Source: Victivallaceae bacterium (GTDB lineage: Bacteria > Verrucomicrobiota > Lentisphaeria > Victivallales > Victivallaceae). From it: 64,000 bases of DNA. Location: assembly GCA_045635745.1 (NCBI GenBank), contig JAZTWG010000053.1, forward strand, positions 8,883 through 72,882, read 5' to 3'. Of the stretch, positions 54,710 to 63,807 are shown one piece after another. The notes beneath the pieces are model-generated. The model did not search any database and was not told the DNA's origin. It saw nothing but the letters and a program-made list of their open reading frames with translations. The position numbers and the translations under genes were made by a program. Position 1 is the stretch's first letter; each line of letters begins with the position of its first letter.

Positions 54710-56314
54710 ATGTACTTGAGATTGGAAAATTTCCGGCTCAATGCCCTGAAAATACCTTACGCCAGCGACTATGTGGATGAAAATCTGCATGATATACTTG
54801 CTGATGCTTTGCAGATCCCCGGCGAATTTATTGCTTCTGATTACCGCATCCGGGCGAAAAGTATCGACGCCCGGCGGGGAAACCCCGAACTTATCTATAC
54901 TGTGGATGTGGAAATCAAGGATGCTTTTGCCCGAAGTGCCGCCGACTTCGGGGCGGTTTTGAGTGAAGAAGAGTTTTTGAGTTCCACGCAGGCTTCTTAC
55001 CCGGCAATAGATGATTGCAGCAAGTTTTTACGCAACCCCATTGTGGTCGGTACCGGCCCGGCGGGTTTGCTGGCTGCATGGGCATTGGCGCAAGCCAACA
55101 CCGCACCGATAGTGCTTGACCGCGGATCTGATATTGACCGGCGTTATCGCGACTGCGAAGATTTTTTTGCCAGCCGCACGCTTAACAGCGAAAGCAATCT
55201 TCTTTTTGGTGCCGGTGGCGCCGGAACATTTTCCGATGGTAAACTCTATACACGTGTGCATGATCCGCGGGCTGATTTTGTTTTGAAAGCGCTGATGGAT
55301 GCCGGAGCCCCGGCTGATACGGCATATTTGAAACGCCCGCATCTGGGGAGCGATCTTTTGCGCAGCATTGTTGGAAACCTGCAGAAAATGATTGAAAACT
55401 CCGGCGGTACTTTCCGTTATGGAGCTGCAGTAAGCGATATAATTGTGGAAAACAATGTCTGCAAAGGTGTGATTCTGGCCAATGGAGAAAAACTTTATGC
55501 GCCCAAAGTGATATTTGCTCATGGTCTGGGCGGGCGCGATCTCTCGCTGATGCTGACAAGGTATCTGGATTGGGAATTCAAGGGGTTTCAGCTGGGATTC
55601 CGGGTGGAGCATCTGCAGGATTTTGTGGATTTCCGGCAATACCGTTTTTCGCCGCGCCCGGCGGCGCTGCCGGCGGCGGAATACAATATGATAAGCAAAT
55701 CGCCGCAGAAGATCGCCGGAGAAGGTGTTACCACTTTTTGCATGTGTCCCGGCGGTGAAATCGTGCCGGCGACCGGCTGGGCGGGGCAGTTGTGCAGCAA
55801 CGGAATGAGTTTGCGCGCCCGCGACGGCCGGTTTGCCAATTCGGCGGTGATAACCACGCTGAACGGCGGTGATTTTGCCAGTCCGGCGGCAGTGTACAAT
55901 TTTTTGAGCGAATTGGAAAAACGCTGTTTTGCCGCCGGCGGCAGCGATTACACATTTCCCGCGCAGAGCATCAAAGGTTTTATGCGGCACGAAAAATCGC
56001 TGAAAAATAAAGAATCTTCCGCCAGATTGGGGCTGAAAAGTGCTGCTTTGCACGAAATAATGCCCGGAAATGCCGTGGAGCGTTTTACTCTGGCATTCAA
56101 GCATTTTGATAAACTCATGCGCGGTTTTTCCGATGGCAACTGCGTGGGGATCGAAAGTTGTGTTTCCAGCCCGGTGCGGCTTAAGCGCAACGCGGAAACG
56201 CTGGAAAGCTCCTGCAAAAATCTTTACGTTGCCGGCGAGGGGGCCGGATACGCCGGCGGTATTATTTCTGCGGCTGTTGACGGTTTGAAGATTGCTGAAA
56301 AATTGATAAAATAA
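54710..56314 (+). CDS. FAD-dependent oxidoreductase of the uncharacterised COG2509-like type
   Basis: Dinucleotide-binding IVVGTGPAGLLAAWALA, later GAGGAGTFSDGKL, and C-terminal YVAGEGAGYAGGI. About 535 aa. Confidence 0.7.
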   Translation: MYLRLENFRLNALKIPYASDYVDENLHDILADALQIPGEFIASDYRIRAKSIDARRGNPELIYTVDVEIKDAFARSAADFGAVLSEEEFLSSTQASYPAIDDCSKFLRNPIVVGTGPAGLLAAWALAQANTAPIVLDRGSDIDRRYRDCEDFFASRTLNSESNLLFGAGGAGTFSDGKLYTRVHDPRADFVLKALMDAGAPADTAYLKRPHLGSDLLRSIVGNLQKMIENSGGTFRYGAAVSDIIVENNVCKGVILANGEKLYAPKVIFAHGLGGRDLSLMLTRYLDWEFKGFQLGFRVEHLQDFVDFRQYRFSPRPAALPAAEYNMISKSPQKIAGEGVTTFCMCPGGEIVPATGWAGQLCSNGMSLRARDGRFANSAVITTLNGGDFASPAAVYNFLSELEKRCFAAGGSDYTFPAQSIKGFMRHEKSLKNKESSARLGLKSAALHEIMPGNAVERFTLAFKHFDKLMRGFSDGNCVGIESCVSSPVRLKRNAETLESSCKNLYVAGEGAGYAGGIISAAVDGLKIAEKLIK

Positions 56315-56331
56315 GATCAAAAGGTGCTTTT

Positions 56332-58104
56332 ATGTTGAAAAGATCAGTTGTTGTATTATTTTTTGTCTGCTTTATATGCAATATTTTTGCGCTGGAACCG
56401 GCTCATACATGGAATTGGAATTATTATTTTGTCCGCAAAATGCCGGGAAATCTGGTAACAAACGGAAAAATCTTTGATGGCGCACTCACTCTTCCGGATA
56501 AACGCATTGTCAAAGCTCAAAAGTTTACCTTGCCGGCACAAGGTGCAATTGATTTGTATAAAATCGTTCAGCCCCGTCCGGGCGCATTGGAGCGGGTTCT
56601 GCTTACTGCTGATTTCAATGCCGATGATGCCGGTAAGGCTGTGTTGGGGATCGGGGTGGATTGGAAATTTAAACTTTATATCAACGGCCGGGCTGTTTAT
56701 GATACACTTGGGGTCGGCAATGGCGAAACCGGAGCTTCAGCTAAAGATCACCTTGTGGTGTTTGAATACAAAAAGGGCGCTAATCAAATTGCGGTCGAAG
56801 CCTTCGGCGGGCGGCATGCTTTTGAATTTGCGGTGGGTTTATCTGACCGGCTCCCAGCCGCGCTTAAGTATCAGCCGTGGGTGAGCTTTCCCGACAGCAA
56901 TGCTGCCACTGTGACTTTTGCCTGCGTACAGCCCACTCCCGCCGGAGTGGATTACCGTTTGCAGGGGACCAAATCGTGGAAACGCATTTACAATAATCTC
57001 GGCGGTATGATCCGGCGCGATAAAGCTGTGCATGCGATCCGGCTGGAAGACCTGCAACCGGACAAAATCTACGAATACCGCGTGGTGCTGATTGATGAAC
57101 TGCTGCGTTACAAAGAATTTGCTCTGCCGGAAGTGTACACCTTCAAAACGCTGCCGGATAAGCAGAGCAAACGCTCCTTCAAGATCCTTTTGACCAGCGA
57201 TCTGCAGGTCCCTGCCGGGGAGCGGAGAGTTTTTATGCAGAGTATATTGCAAGCCCCCGAAGCAAAAGATATAGAATTTTTTGGTTTGCTGGGCGATATT
57301 GTCGGTGTCAGCAACTTTGATAAATTGATTATCGATGAATTTGTCAGGCCTTTCCGGGCGCTTTCTGATAATAAAATACCGCTGGTGATGGTGCGCGGCA
57401 ATCACGAAATGTACGGCAAGGAAGCTCACCGTTATTTTGAATATTTCCCGGCTCCTCAGTCCGCCGAAAGCGGGTACTATATGTTCCGCTGCGGCGAGGT
57501 TTGTTTTCTGGTGCTGGATTGCGGCGATAATGAAGCGCGCAACCCGAAATATTCTGTACGGGCGCTGTGGGATTGGGATCCTTATATGCAAAAACAGAAA
57601 GAATGGCTGGAAGATGCGGTGAAAACCGTGGCGTTCCAATCTGCCCGTTACCGCATAGTGCTGGCTCATGGTGCTCCGCTGGGAGCCAAAGGTCAGTATT
57701 TATCAAAAAAATTGCGTAAAGTTATAGACCCGTTGTTTGCTTCAAAAAATCCGGCGTATAAGATCCATCTGTGGTTGAGCGGACATATCCACCGGGCGTT
57801 CCGGAATATCCTCGGCAAAGATCAATGCCGCACGGTGTTCCCCGCCGCCAAATTCACCCGAAAAGGCGAACACCCGCGTATCGGCAAAAACTATATGTTT
57901 ACGGTCATTGCCATGGGTGGAGCGTTCCGGTCATTGCTGTATGAAATGCAGTTGACCAGTCTTTTGCTGCAGATTGATGAAAAAGGCATCGATGTAAAGC
58001 ACCGCGACCGCTACGGCAAGGTGTTTGACCACATAAAAATAGCTCCCGACGGTTCCGTGCAGGAGCTTTACAGTGCTGATTACTTCAAGCTGGAAAGTTA
58101 TTGA
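56332..58104 (+). CDS. secreted metallophosphoesterase (purple-acid-phosphatase-like, N-terminal beta domains)
   Basis: Signal peptide. FN3-like PAP N-domain (AATVTFACVQPTPAGVDYRL...IYEYRV). Motifs LLTSDLQ, LLGDIVG, VRGNHE, VLAHGAP, SGHIH. Confidence 0.75.
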   Translation: MLKRSVVVLFFVCFICNIFALEPAHTWNWNYYFVRKMPGNLVTNGKIFDGALTLPDKRIVKAQKFTLPAQGAIDLYKIVQPRPGALERVLLTADFNADDAGKAVLGIGVDWKFKLYINGRAVYDTLGVGNGETGASAKDHLVVFEYKKGANQIAVEAFGGRHAFEFAVGLSDRLPAALKYQPWVSFPDSNAATVTFACVQPTPAGVDYRLQGTKSWKRIYNNLGGMIRRDKAVHAIRLEDLQPDKIYEYRVVLIDELLRYKEFALPEVYTFKTLPDKQSKRSFKILLTSDLQVPAGERRVFMQSILQAPEAKDIEFFGLLGDIVGVSNFDKLIIDEFVRPFRALSDNKIPLVMVRGNHEMYGKEAHRYFEYFPAPQSAESGYYMFRCGEVCFLVLDCGDNEARNPKYSVRALWDWDPYMQKQKEWLEDAVKTVAFQSARYRIVLAHGAPLGAKGQYLSKKLRKVIDPLFASKNPAYKIHLWLSGHIHRAFRNILGKDQCRTVFPAAKFTRKGEHPRIGKNYMFTVIAMGGAFRSLLYEMQLTSLLLQIDEKGIDVKHRDRYGKVFDHIKIAPDGSVQELYSADYFKLESY

Positions 58105-58112
58105 AACAGTAT

Positions 58113-59402
58113 TTACTGTCTGATGGTTTTTATTGCTTCATCCAGCAAGCCGGCTTCGTAGAGCATATCCAATACCGTGTAGCGGTTGCGGATGAGCTGG
58201 GCGGTCTTTATGCCGTGATAATACTGTTCGGCTGTCAGACCGATTTCTTCAAAATGGGTCGGGGCTTGAGCTTTTTTCAGCATCTGACGCAACGTTTCCG
58301 TCGGCAGTGACTGCTGCCGCAAAAGCTGCTGCAATGTTCCCCAGTTTTTGAATATCAGCTCCCGGCGAGCGGCCATATCTTCATTGAACGGTGTTTTGTT
58401 CAATGCCAGACTGGCAATCGTATTGCCGTAACAGCCTTTTTTCAGCAGATCGTCTATTTCGGCGATCCGCTGATCTCTGGTCAACGGTGCTTGCGCGAGT
58501 TTTTTTGCCGTTTCCACCGGGGTGTTTATTACAAATTCATGCAGCTGGCTGATGGCCAGCACTCCGATGCCGACTTTGAAGCCGTGGGAGACCTCTTCGC
58601 CGTTGAAAGTCAAATGCTCCATTTCCCAAACGTGACTGCAAAGATGTTCGGCTCCCGAAGCCGGCCGTGAGTCATGATACATCTGCATGGCGTAGCCGGT
58701 GGCGGCAAGTCCCAGAAAGAGCTTTTCCAGATCATTGTGGTCCGCAAGATTGTCGCGCAGATCGTCCTGCACCAGACTCCAGATCGCCGGAACGATCTTC
58801 TCTATCTCCAGGGTATCGGCAATGATCCAGTCGGCGCCGCCGGTAACTTTGCTCATCAAATCGGCATAACCTGCGGCCATCATTTCCCGCGGCGCGGTCT
58901 GCAGAACTTCTTTGTCGGCAATAAGCGCATAAGGCGCAGGGCAGGGAACAGTTTTTTTCTGACCGGCTACTGACATGGCGCCGCCGCTGGCGGTATAGCC
59001 ATCCACGCTCGGAGCGGTTGCTATGCAGCAGTAACGCAGTTTTTTTATATCGGCAGCACACTTCACGAGATCGTTGATCACGCCTGACCCTATGGCCAGC
59101 GGCACGCAGTCGTCAGCAAATTTTCCGGCAAGTTCTTCTGATAATGCGTAATCCGGGTGCGGCTTGGGGGCTGCCGGCAGGATAATGGGCGGATATTCTG
59201 ACAAGCCGGCGTTCCGGCAGATGGTCTGGGTTTTTTCGCCTGCCACGCGCCAGGTGTTGCCATCGGCAATGATCTGGATTTTGCGGGCGGGAAAGTATTT
59301 TTTCAGAACTTGCGGCGTTTCGGCAAGTGCACAACGGTCCAAAACAAAAACTTCAGTTTCAATATTATCGGGTAAAGAGATATAACGCATTTTTTCCCTC
59401 AC
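58113..59402 (-). CDS. iron-containing alcohol dehydrogenase superfamily protein, AraM/EgsA (sn-glycerol-1-phosphate dehydrogenase)-like
   Basis: Nucleotide-binding IGSGVINDLVK and metal-site-like SGAEHLCSHVWEM. It follows a HAD-IIA gene with a GTGA overlap, mirroring the B. subtilis araL-araM order. The start is either GTG 59402 or ATG 59390. Confidence 0.5.
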   Translation of the reverse strand: MREKMRYISLPDNIETEVFVLDRCALAETPQVLKKYFPARKIQIIADGNTWRVAGEKTQTICRNAGLSEYPPIILPAAPKPHPDYALSEELAGKFADDCVPLAIGSGVINDLVKCAADIKKLRYCCIATAPSVDGYTASGGAMSVAGQKKTVPCPAPYALIADKEVLQTAPREMMAAGYADLMSKVTGGADWIIADTLEIEKIVPAIWSLVQDDLRDNLADHNDLEKLFLGLAATGYAMQMYHDSRPASGAEHLCSHVWEMEHLTFNGEEVSHGFKVGIGVLAISQLHEFVINTPVETAKKLAQAPLTRDQRIAEIDDLLKKGCYGNTIASLALNKTPFNEDMAARRELIFKNWGTLQQLLRQQSLPTETLRQMLKKAQAPTHFEEIGLTAEQYYHGIKTAQLIRNRYTVLDMLYEAGLLDEAIKTIRQ

Positions 59403-60202
59403 TTAAAGATTTTTTCCCAGATCGCTTGCAGTTCACCCAGATTATCGCAGGAATAATCTGGTGTTACATCGGCATAACTGGCAAGGTCGGCACCTTCACC
59501 GGTTATGCGGCAGGTGAGCGTTCCGGCATTGACTCCGCTGGCAATATCTGTGGCCAGCCGGTCGCCGATCATCAGAGTTTCTTCCGGTTTCAGCCCCAGC
59601 CGTCCGGCGGCGTTGGTCAGAAATCCGCCGTGCGGTTTGCCCAGCTGGATGAGTTCTCTGCCGCTGGCAAGTTCCACACAGCGGCTGATCGCGCCGGAAT
59701 CCACCAGCACGGTCGGCTGGTCGGTGGGACAGAATACATCAGGATGGCTGGAAAACGAAGGTATGCCGCTTTGGACAAACCACGCCGCTTTGCAGAGCCG
59801 TTCGTAGGTCAGAGTTTTATCAAAAGAGATCACCGCCGCATCGGGAGAATCATCCACTATCTCGAAGCCGTCTGCCGCCAATTCCTGCTGCATGGAGGGT
59901 ACACCCAGCACAAAAAGTTTTTTCACCTGCGGGTAATCGTGGTGCAGTACATCGGCCAGAAAATCAATGGAAGTATAAAATTCGTTTTCCGTAACTTCCA
60001 GACCGAACCCGGCAAGATGTTTTACATAGTCAGTTTTACTGCGGCTGGAATTGTTGGTGCAGAAATTGTATTTTATATTGTGTTTTTTCAGAAAATTCAG
60101 AAAAGGCAGCGTGGTCGGATAAAGTTTGCTGCCGTGATAGATCGTGCCGTCCATATCCAGAAAAACCGCTTTTACCGCTGAAAGTTTTTGCGGATCGCTC
60201 AT
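59399..60202 (-). CDS. HAD-IIA family sugar-phosphate phosphatase (NagD/AraL-like)
   Basis: FLDMDGTIY (motif I), FCTNNSSRS (motif II), GKP...IGDRLATDI (motifs III/IV). Confidence 0.8.
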   Translation of the reverse strand: MSDPQKLSAVKAVFLDMDGTIYHGSKLYPTTLPFLNFLKKHNIKYNFCTNNSSRSKTDYVKHLAGFGLEVTENEFYTSIDFLADVLHHDYPQVKKLFVLGVPSMQQELAADGFEIVDDSPDAAVISFDKTLTYERLCKAAWFVQSGIPSFSSHPDVFCPTDQPTVLVDSGAISRCVELASGRELIQLGKPHGGFLTNAAGRLGLKPEETLMIGDRLATDIASGVNAGTLTCRITGEGADLASYADVTPDYSCDNLGELQAIWEKIFK

Positions 60203-60298
60203 TGTTAAGTCCCTTGTTTATTATTGATGAAAAATTTTTTATTAAGATAGCTCAACAAGAAAAAATAGCAAGTTTTCCACCGGAAAAAGTATACAAAA

Positions 60299-60341
60299 AC
60301 AGGGTGCTGCCAAAACTCACTGTTTTGCAACAGCCCCCTGT
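60299..60341 (-). terminator. intrinsic terminator for the phosphodiesterase gene
   Basis: On the minus strand, ACAGGGGGCTGTTGCAAAAC-AGTGA-GTTTTGGCAGCACCCTGT is followed by TTTTTG. Confidence 0.5.
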
Positions 60342-60359
60342 AAAAGTGGTATATTTTTA

Positions 60360-61961
60360 TTATTCGGACAGCAAAACGTTAAGGTCAATACCTTTTCTGC
60401 CGGATTCGAAGATTTTTGTAATATCTTCTCTGGTCAAACCGCGGTTCCAGAACGCCACATCATCGATTTCTCCGGTAAAGCCCTGCGCGTGTTTGCCGGT
60501 GCCATCCTGACCTATGTAGATCGGCAGTTTACTGGCGATGACCGCATCGTCGGCTTTATAAGCCATGTGATAAAGTCTGCCGTCTTCGGCACCGTTGTAA
60601 AAATACATTGTGCCATTGGAATCAATGGTCAGAGCGTAAAAATTCCAGCCGTCGGTGCGGTCGAACTGACCGAATTCAATATTTTTGGCGCCTTTTCTTG
60701 CCATGCTCAAGCAGATACCGGCATTTTCTTTTTTGCGCTGCTGGTCGCCGAGACGGTTGGCAATAATGGCAAAACCGGGGCTGTCGGGCTTGCTCATATC
60801 TTTGTTGCCGATGATGATGGCATCCTTGCCGCTCTGCGCCGGAATTCTGGCCCAGAAAGTGAGGGCGAAATTGTTGCCGTTTTCCAGTTTGAGATTTTCA
60901 GTGCCGGCCAGTTTGCGGCTGCCGTTTCTGATTGTTGCCGAAATGAAGAAGCCGCTCAATGTTTCCCGGATAACGGTTTTATTGTCAAAACCGAGTTTGT
61001 TCCGGGCGAAATCATAGCAGAAAACCAGACCTTTTTTCAGCGGTTCAGCTTCAATAGCCTGCACTTCATCGCCGAGTTTTCTGCCGTCAAGGTTGAGTTT
61101 TTTGGTGTCAATGCCGAAATGGGCGAGGGCGGTCACTGCCATGTCGTAGGTGTAAGCCGTGCCCTTGATCTTGCCCTGCTTGACATTTTTGCCGGAAATC
61201 ACCATGGGGATAGTGGTCATATTGCCGCTGTCAGGTCTGCCGCCGTGGAAAGTCAGGTAACCGCCATGATCGGCACAAAGCAATATCAGCCAATCTTCCC
61301 GGGCAAAATTGGGGCGCTTGGCAATGGTGTCGAACAACTGTTTCAGGTAGCCGTCGCAAGTGTTCAAGCCCTTCATATAGCCGGGGTTACGGGGATAGAA
61401 GCCGATCTTGTGGCCATAGTAATCGGGCAGATTTATATAAACTGCTGCCGCATCGCCGGTCTGGAGAAATTTGCATGCAGCCTGTACCGCGGCGCTGTCG
61501 CTGCCGCGCTTGTAAAGGACTTTATCGCTGTTGCTCAAGATCTGGCCGGATTCGCCCCAGACGTAGAAAAATCCACACTTGAGCTCCGGATAGGCTTTTA
61601 CCAGATGCCCGAGAAAATGCGGATACTCTGTGAAATTACCGGTTTTAGTTTTGCCATTGCGGGTGACTTTGTGCTTGGCGGCAGTTACACCGGTGGCAAT
61701 AGAAGCGTGATTGGGTGCGCTGTGCGGCGGCGCATCCTGCACGACCATTGCCGCATCGGTGGAGGCACACTTGTAGTTGGGCTGCCATTTACCGGCGCGG
61801 AGAGCATCCAGAGTGGGCATGAAAGCATGGAGTGTGGCATCCGCCCGCACGCCATCGAGCATGATAAGCAAGACTTTTTTGTTGGCAACAGCGGATTTTC
61901 CGGCTGCTGCTGCGGCAAAGGCTGTCAGCAGAACAGTCGCGGCAATAAGAAGCTTTTTCAT
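60360..61961 (-). CDS. secreted alkaline-phosphatase-superfamily phosphodiesterase/nucleotide pyrophosphatase (ENPP-like) fused to a C-terminal LamG/concanavalin-like domain
   Basis: Signal peptide MKKLLIAATVLLTAFAAAAAG. LLIMLDGVRAD (metal/nucleophile region), PNHASIATG, LLCADHGG. C-terminal ...GTGKHAQGFTGEIDDVAFWNRGLTREDI is typical of LamG-type jelly rolls. ATG 61961 follows GGAGA. Confidence 0.7.
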   Translation of the reverse strand: MKKLLIAATVLLTAFAAAAAGKSAVANKKVLLIMLDGVRADATLHAFMPTLDALRAGKWQPNYKCASTDAAMVVQDAPPHSAPNHASIATGVTAAKHKVTRNGKTKTGNFTEYPHFLGHLVKAYPELKCGFFYVWGESGQILSNSDKVLYKRGSDSAAVQAACKFLQTGDAAAVYINLPDYYGHKIGFYPRNPGYMKGLNTCDGYLKQLFDTIAKRPNFAREDWLILLCADHGGYLTFHGGRPDSGNMTTIPMVISGKNVKQGKIKGTAYTYDMAVTALAHFGIDTKKLNLDGRKLGDEVQAIEAEPLKKGLVFCYDFARNKLGFDNKTVIRETLSGFFISATIRNGSRKLAGTENLKLENGNNFALTFWARIPAQSGKDAIIIGNKDMSKPDSPGFAIIANRLGDQQRKKENAGICLSMARKGAKNIEFGQFDRTDGWNFYALTIDSNGTMYFYNGAEDGRLYHMAYKADDAVIASKLPIYIGQDGTGKHAQGFTGEIDDVAFWNRGLTREDITKIFESGRKGIDLNVLLSE

Positions 61962-62184
61962 ATTTTCTCCCATTTTTATGTGTAAGTAACGATAACAATG
62001 GGGTTAATATAACACTGTTGACAAAAAAGTCAAGGACTGTTTTTCTCCTGATTTTGTATTGATTTGTCTGATTATATTTTTCTTGACAGCAATGATGTGT
62101 GTTGCAAATTCACACTTAAAAATCAAATATGTTCCGGCAAATCGCCTTTTATTGGTTTTTTATGTTAAAAAAGTTTTTTGCAGT

Positions 62185-62213
62185 TTGGAAAATATCAGAA
62201 ATTGTGCTATATT
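62185..62213 (+). promoter_or_regulatory. putative extended -10 promoter (TTGGAA-17-TGcTATATT) for tig
   Basis: -35 at 62185..62190 and TGc plus TATATT at 62205..62213, about 95 nt upstream of the tig ATG. Confidence 0.4.
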
Positions 62214-62310
62214 AACTAATTCAGAATACACGCAGTTATGGCGTGTTTTCTATCGGAAAATGAAAAACGTAACCATATTTAACAAATAATTAGAGAAAGT
62301 GAGCTAACAA

Positions 62311-63621
62311 ATGGCCAAACAGACCCTCTCTCAGGCTCTCGACCTTGCCGTGCGCGAAGATGGCGCTTTGTGCAGAATTTGCGATTTCACCGTCGCTGCC
62401 GACCGTATGAAGTCGGAAACCAGCATTGCCGCCCAGGCTTTTGCCAACTATGTTGCAGTTCCCGGTTTCCGCCGCGGCAAAGCTCCCGAAGCCATGATCG
62501 TGAAACGTTTTGAGAACGACCTCAAAGATGAACTCAAGCGCCGCTTTATGGCAGCTGCTTTTGAACGTCTTTCTGATGGCGAAAAGTTCGAAGTCGTCTA
62601 CTGCCGCATGCCCGAAGAAAGCGCTCTGGAGCTGGGCAAAGAATACAAGTTCACACTGCGCATCGATCTGGCTCCCCAGATTGCCGACTTTGAATACAAA
62701 GGTCTGGAAGTTGAAGTGCCCGCCGCTGAAATCGACGAAAAGGAACTCAATGACCGCGTGGAACAGTATCGCAAGATGTATGCCGAATTTGCTGAAGTCA
62801 GCGAACCGGCCGCCAAAGAAGACATGCTCAAAGTCGATTATACTTCTGACTTTGAACTGCCCGAAGATGCTTCTGCCAGCCTGACCCGTCAGGTCAAAGC
62901 CGATGCCACTTTCCTGTGGCTGGCTGAACCCGAATACCTCCCCGGCTGCGTTGCCGCTCTGACCGGTGCCGAAGCCGGCAAAGAATACACCTTTGACAGC
63001 GTCTATCCTGCCGATTACCGCGAAGCGGCTCTGGCCGGCAAAACTGTCAAATACACCGTCAAGGTGGTCAATGTGCAGCGCCGCAAGGATCTTACTGATG
63101 ATGAACTGGCCGCCAAACTGCGTCTGGATTCCATCGACAAACTTCGCGAAATGCTCAAGAGCGGTCTGCAGGCTGAAGCCGAAGGCAAACGCCACGAAGC
63201 CATCCGCACTGCGGTTTACGAAAAGATCTCTGCCGCTGTAGGCGACTTTGAACTGCCCGCCGGCTTGCTGGAAGCTGAAACCGACGAAGCTTTGCAGCGC
63301 AAGGCTCAGGAAACGGTCAAGAGCGAAGCCGATGCTGAAGAATTCAAGAAGAATCTGGAAGAAAACCGCGCCGCTGCCAAAGTCGAAGCCAGCGCCAAAC
63401 TGCGCCGCGAACTGGTTTTCCGCAAGATAGCCAAGGCTGAAAACATCACCGTGACTGCGGCCGAAGTCGATCGCGAAATCGAAATGATGAGCCGTTACTA
63501 TCGCAAAAAGCCCGCTGAACTGCGCTCCATCATGGAAAAGAATGGTGCCATCGAAGCGTTGCAGAGCGAAATCCTCAACAACAAAGTCTGGAACTTTGTT
63601 GCCGATGCCGTAAAAGCGTAA
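62311..63621 (+). CDS. tig: trigger factor
   Basis: N-terminal ribosome-binding signature VPGFRRGKAPEAMI, a central FKBP-like region, and a helical C-terminal arm. About 436 aa. Confidence 0.9.
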   Translation: MAKQTLSQALDLAVREDGALCRICDFTVAADRMKSETSIAAQAFANYVAVPGFRRGKAPEAMIVKRFENDLKDELKRRFMAAAFERLSDGEKFEVVYCRMPEESALELGKEYKFTLRIDLAPQIADFEYKGLEVEVPAAEIDEKELNDRVEQYRKMYAEFAEVSEPAAKEDMLKVDYTSDFELPEDASASLTRQVKADATFLWLAEPEYLPGCVAALTGAEAGKEYTFDSVYPADYREAALAGKTVKYTVKVVNVQRRKDLTDDELAAKLRLDSIDKLREMLKSGLQAEAEGKRHEAIRTAVYEKISAAVGDFELPAGLLEAETDEALQRKAQETVKSEADAEEFKKNLEENRAAAKVEASAKLRRELVFRKIAKAENITVTAAEVDREIEMMSRYYRKKPAELRSIMEKNGAIEALQSEILNNKVWNFVADAVKA

Positions 63622-63642
63622 TAAGCGCTGCTGACACATCCG

Positions 63643-63678
63643 GGCGTCCTTTCCGAAGCGGGAAGGACGCCTTTTTTT
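63643..63678 (+). terminator. intrinsic terminator
   Basis: GGCGTCCTTTCC (63643..63654), loop GAAGC, GGGAAGGACGCC (63660..63671), followed by TTTTTTT. Confidence 0.75.
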
Positions 63679-63807
63679 GCCGTGCAGGTAAAGCTGTTCC
63701 GTTGCGGAGTTTTTTTTAGCGGAAAAGTTGAAAATATTTTTTGTTGTGCTACATTATCTGTGAAAAAGTTAAAAGAGTCTAATTTTTTGTGGGAGAAAAA
63801 CTTTTTT

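Noticed and set aside
51218-63639. Further long shadows: 51218..52282 (+), 55028..56320 (-), 56839..57669 (-), 60489..61985 (+), 62290..63639 (-)
   Set aside because: They lie opposite the GreA-like gene, the FAD protein, the PAP-like phosphoesterase, the ENPP-like gene and tig. Register was verified only for the tig shadow (both sets of triplets start at positions congruent to 1 mod 3). None has motifs.
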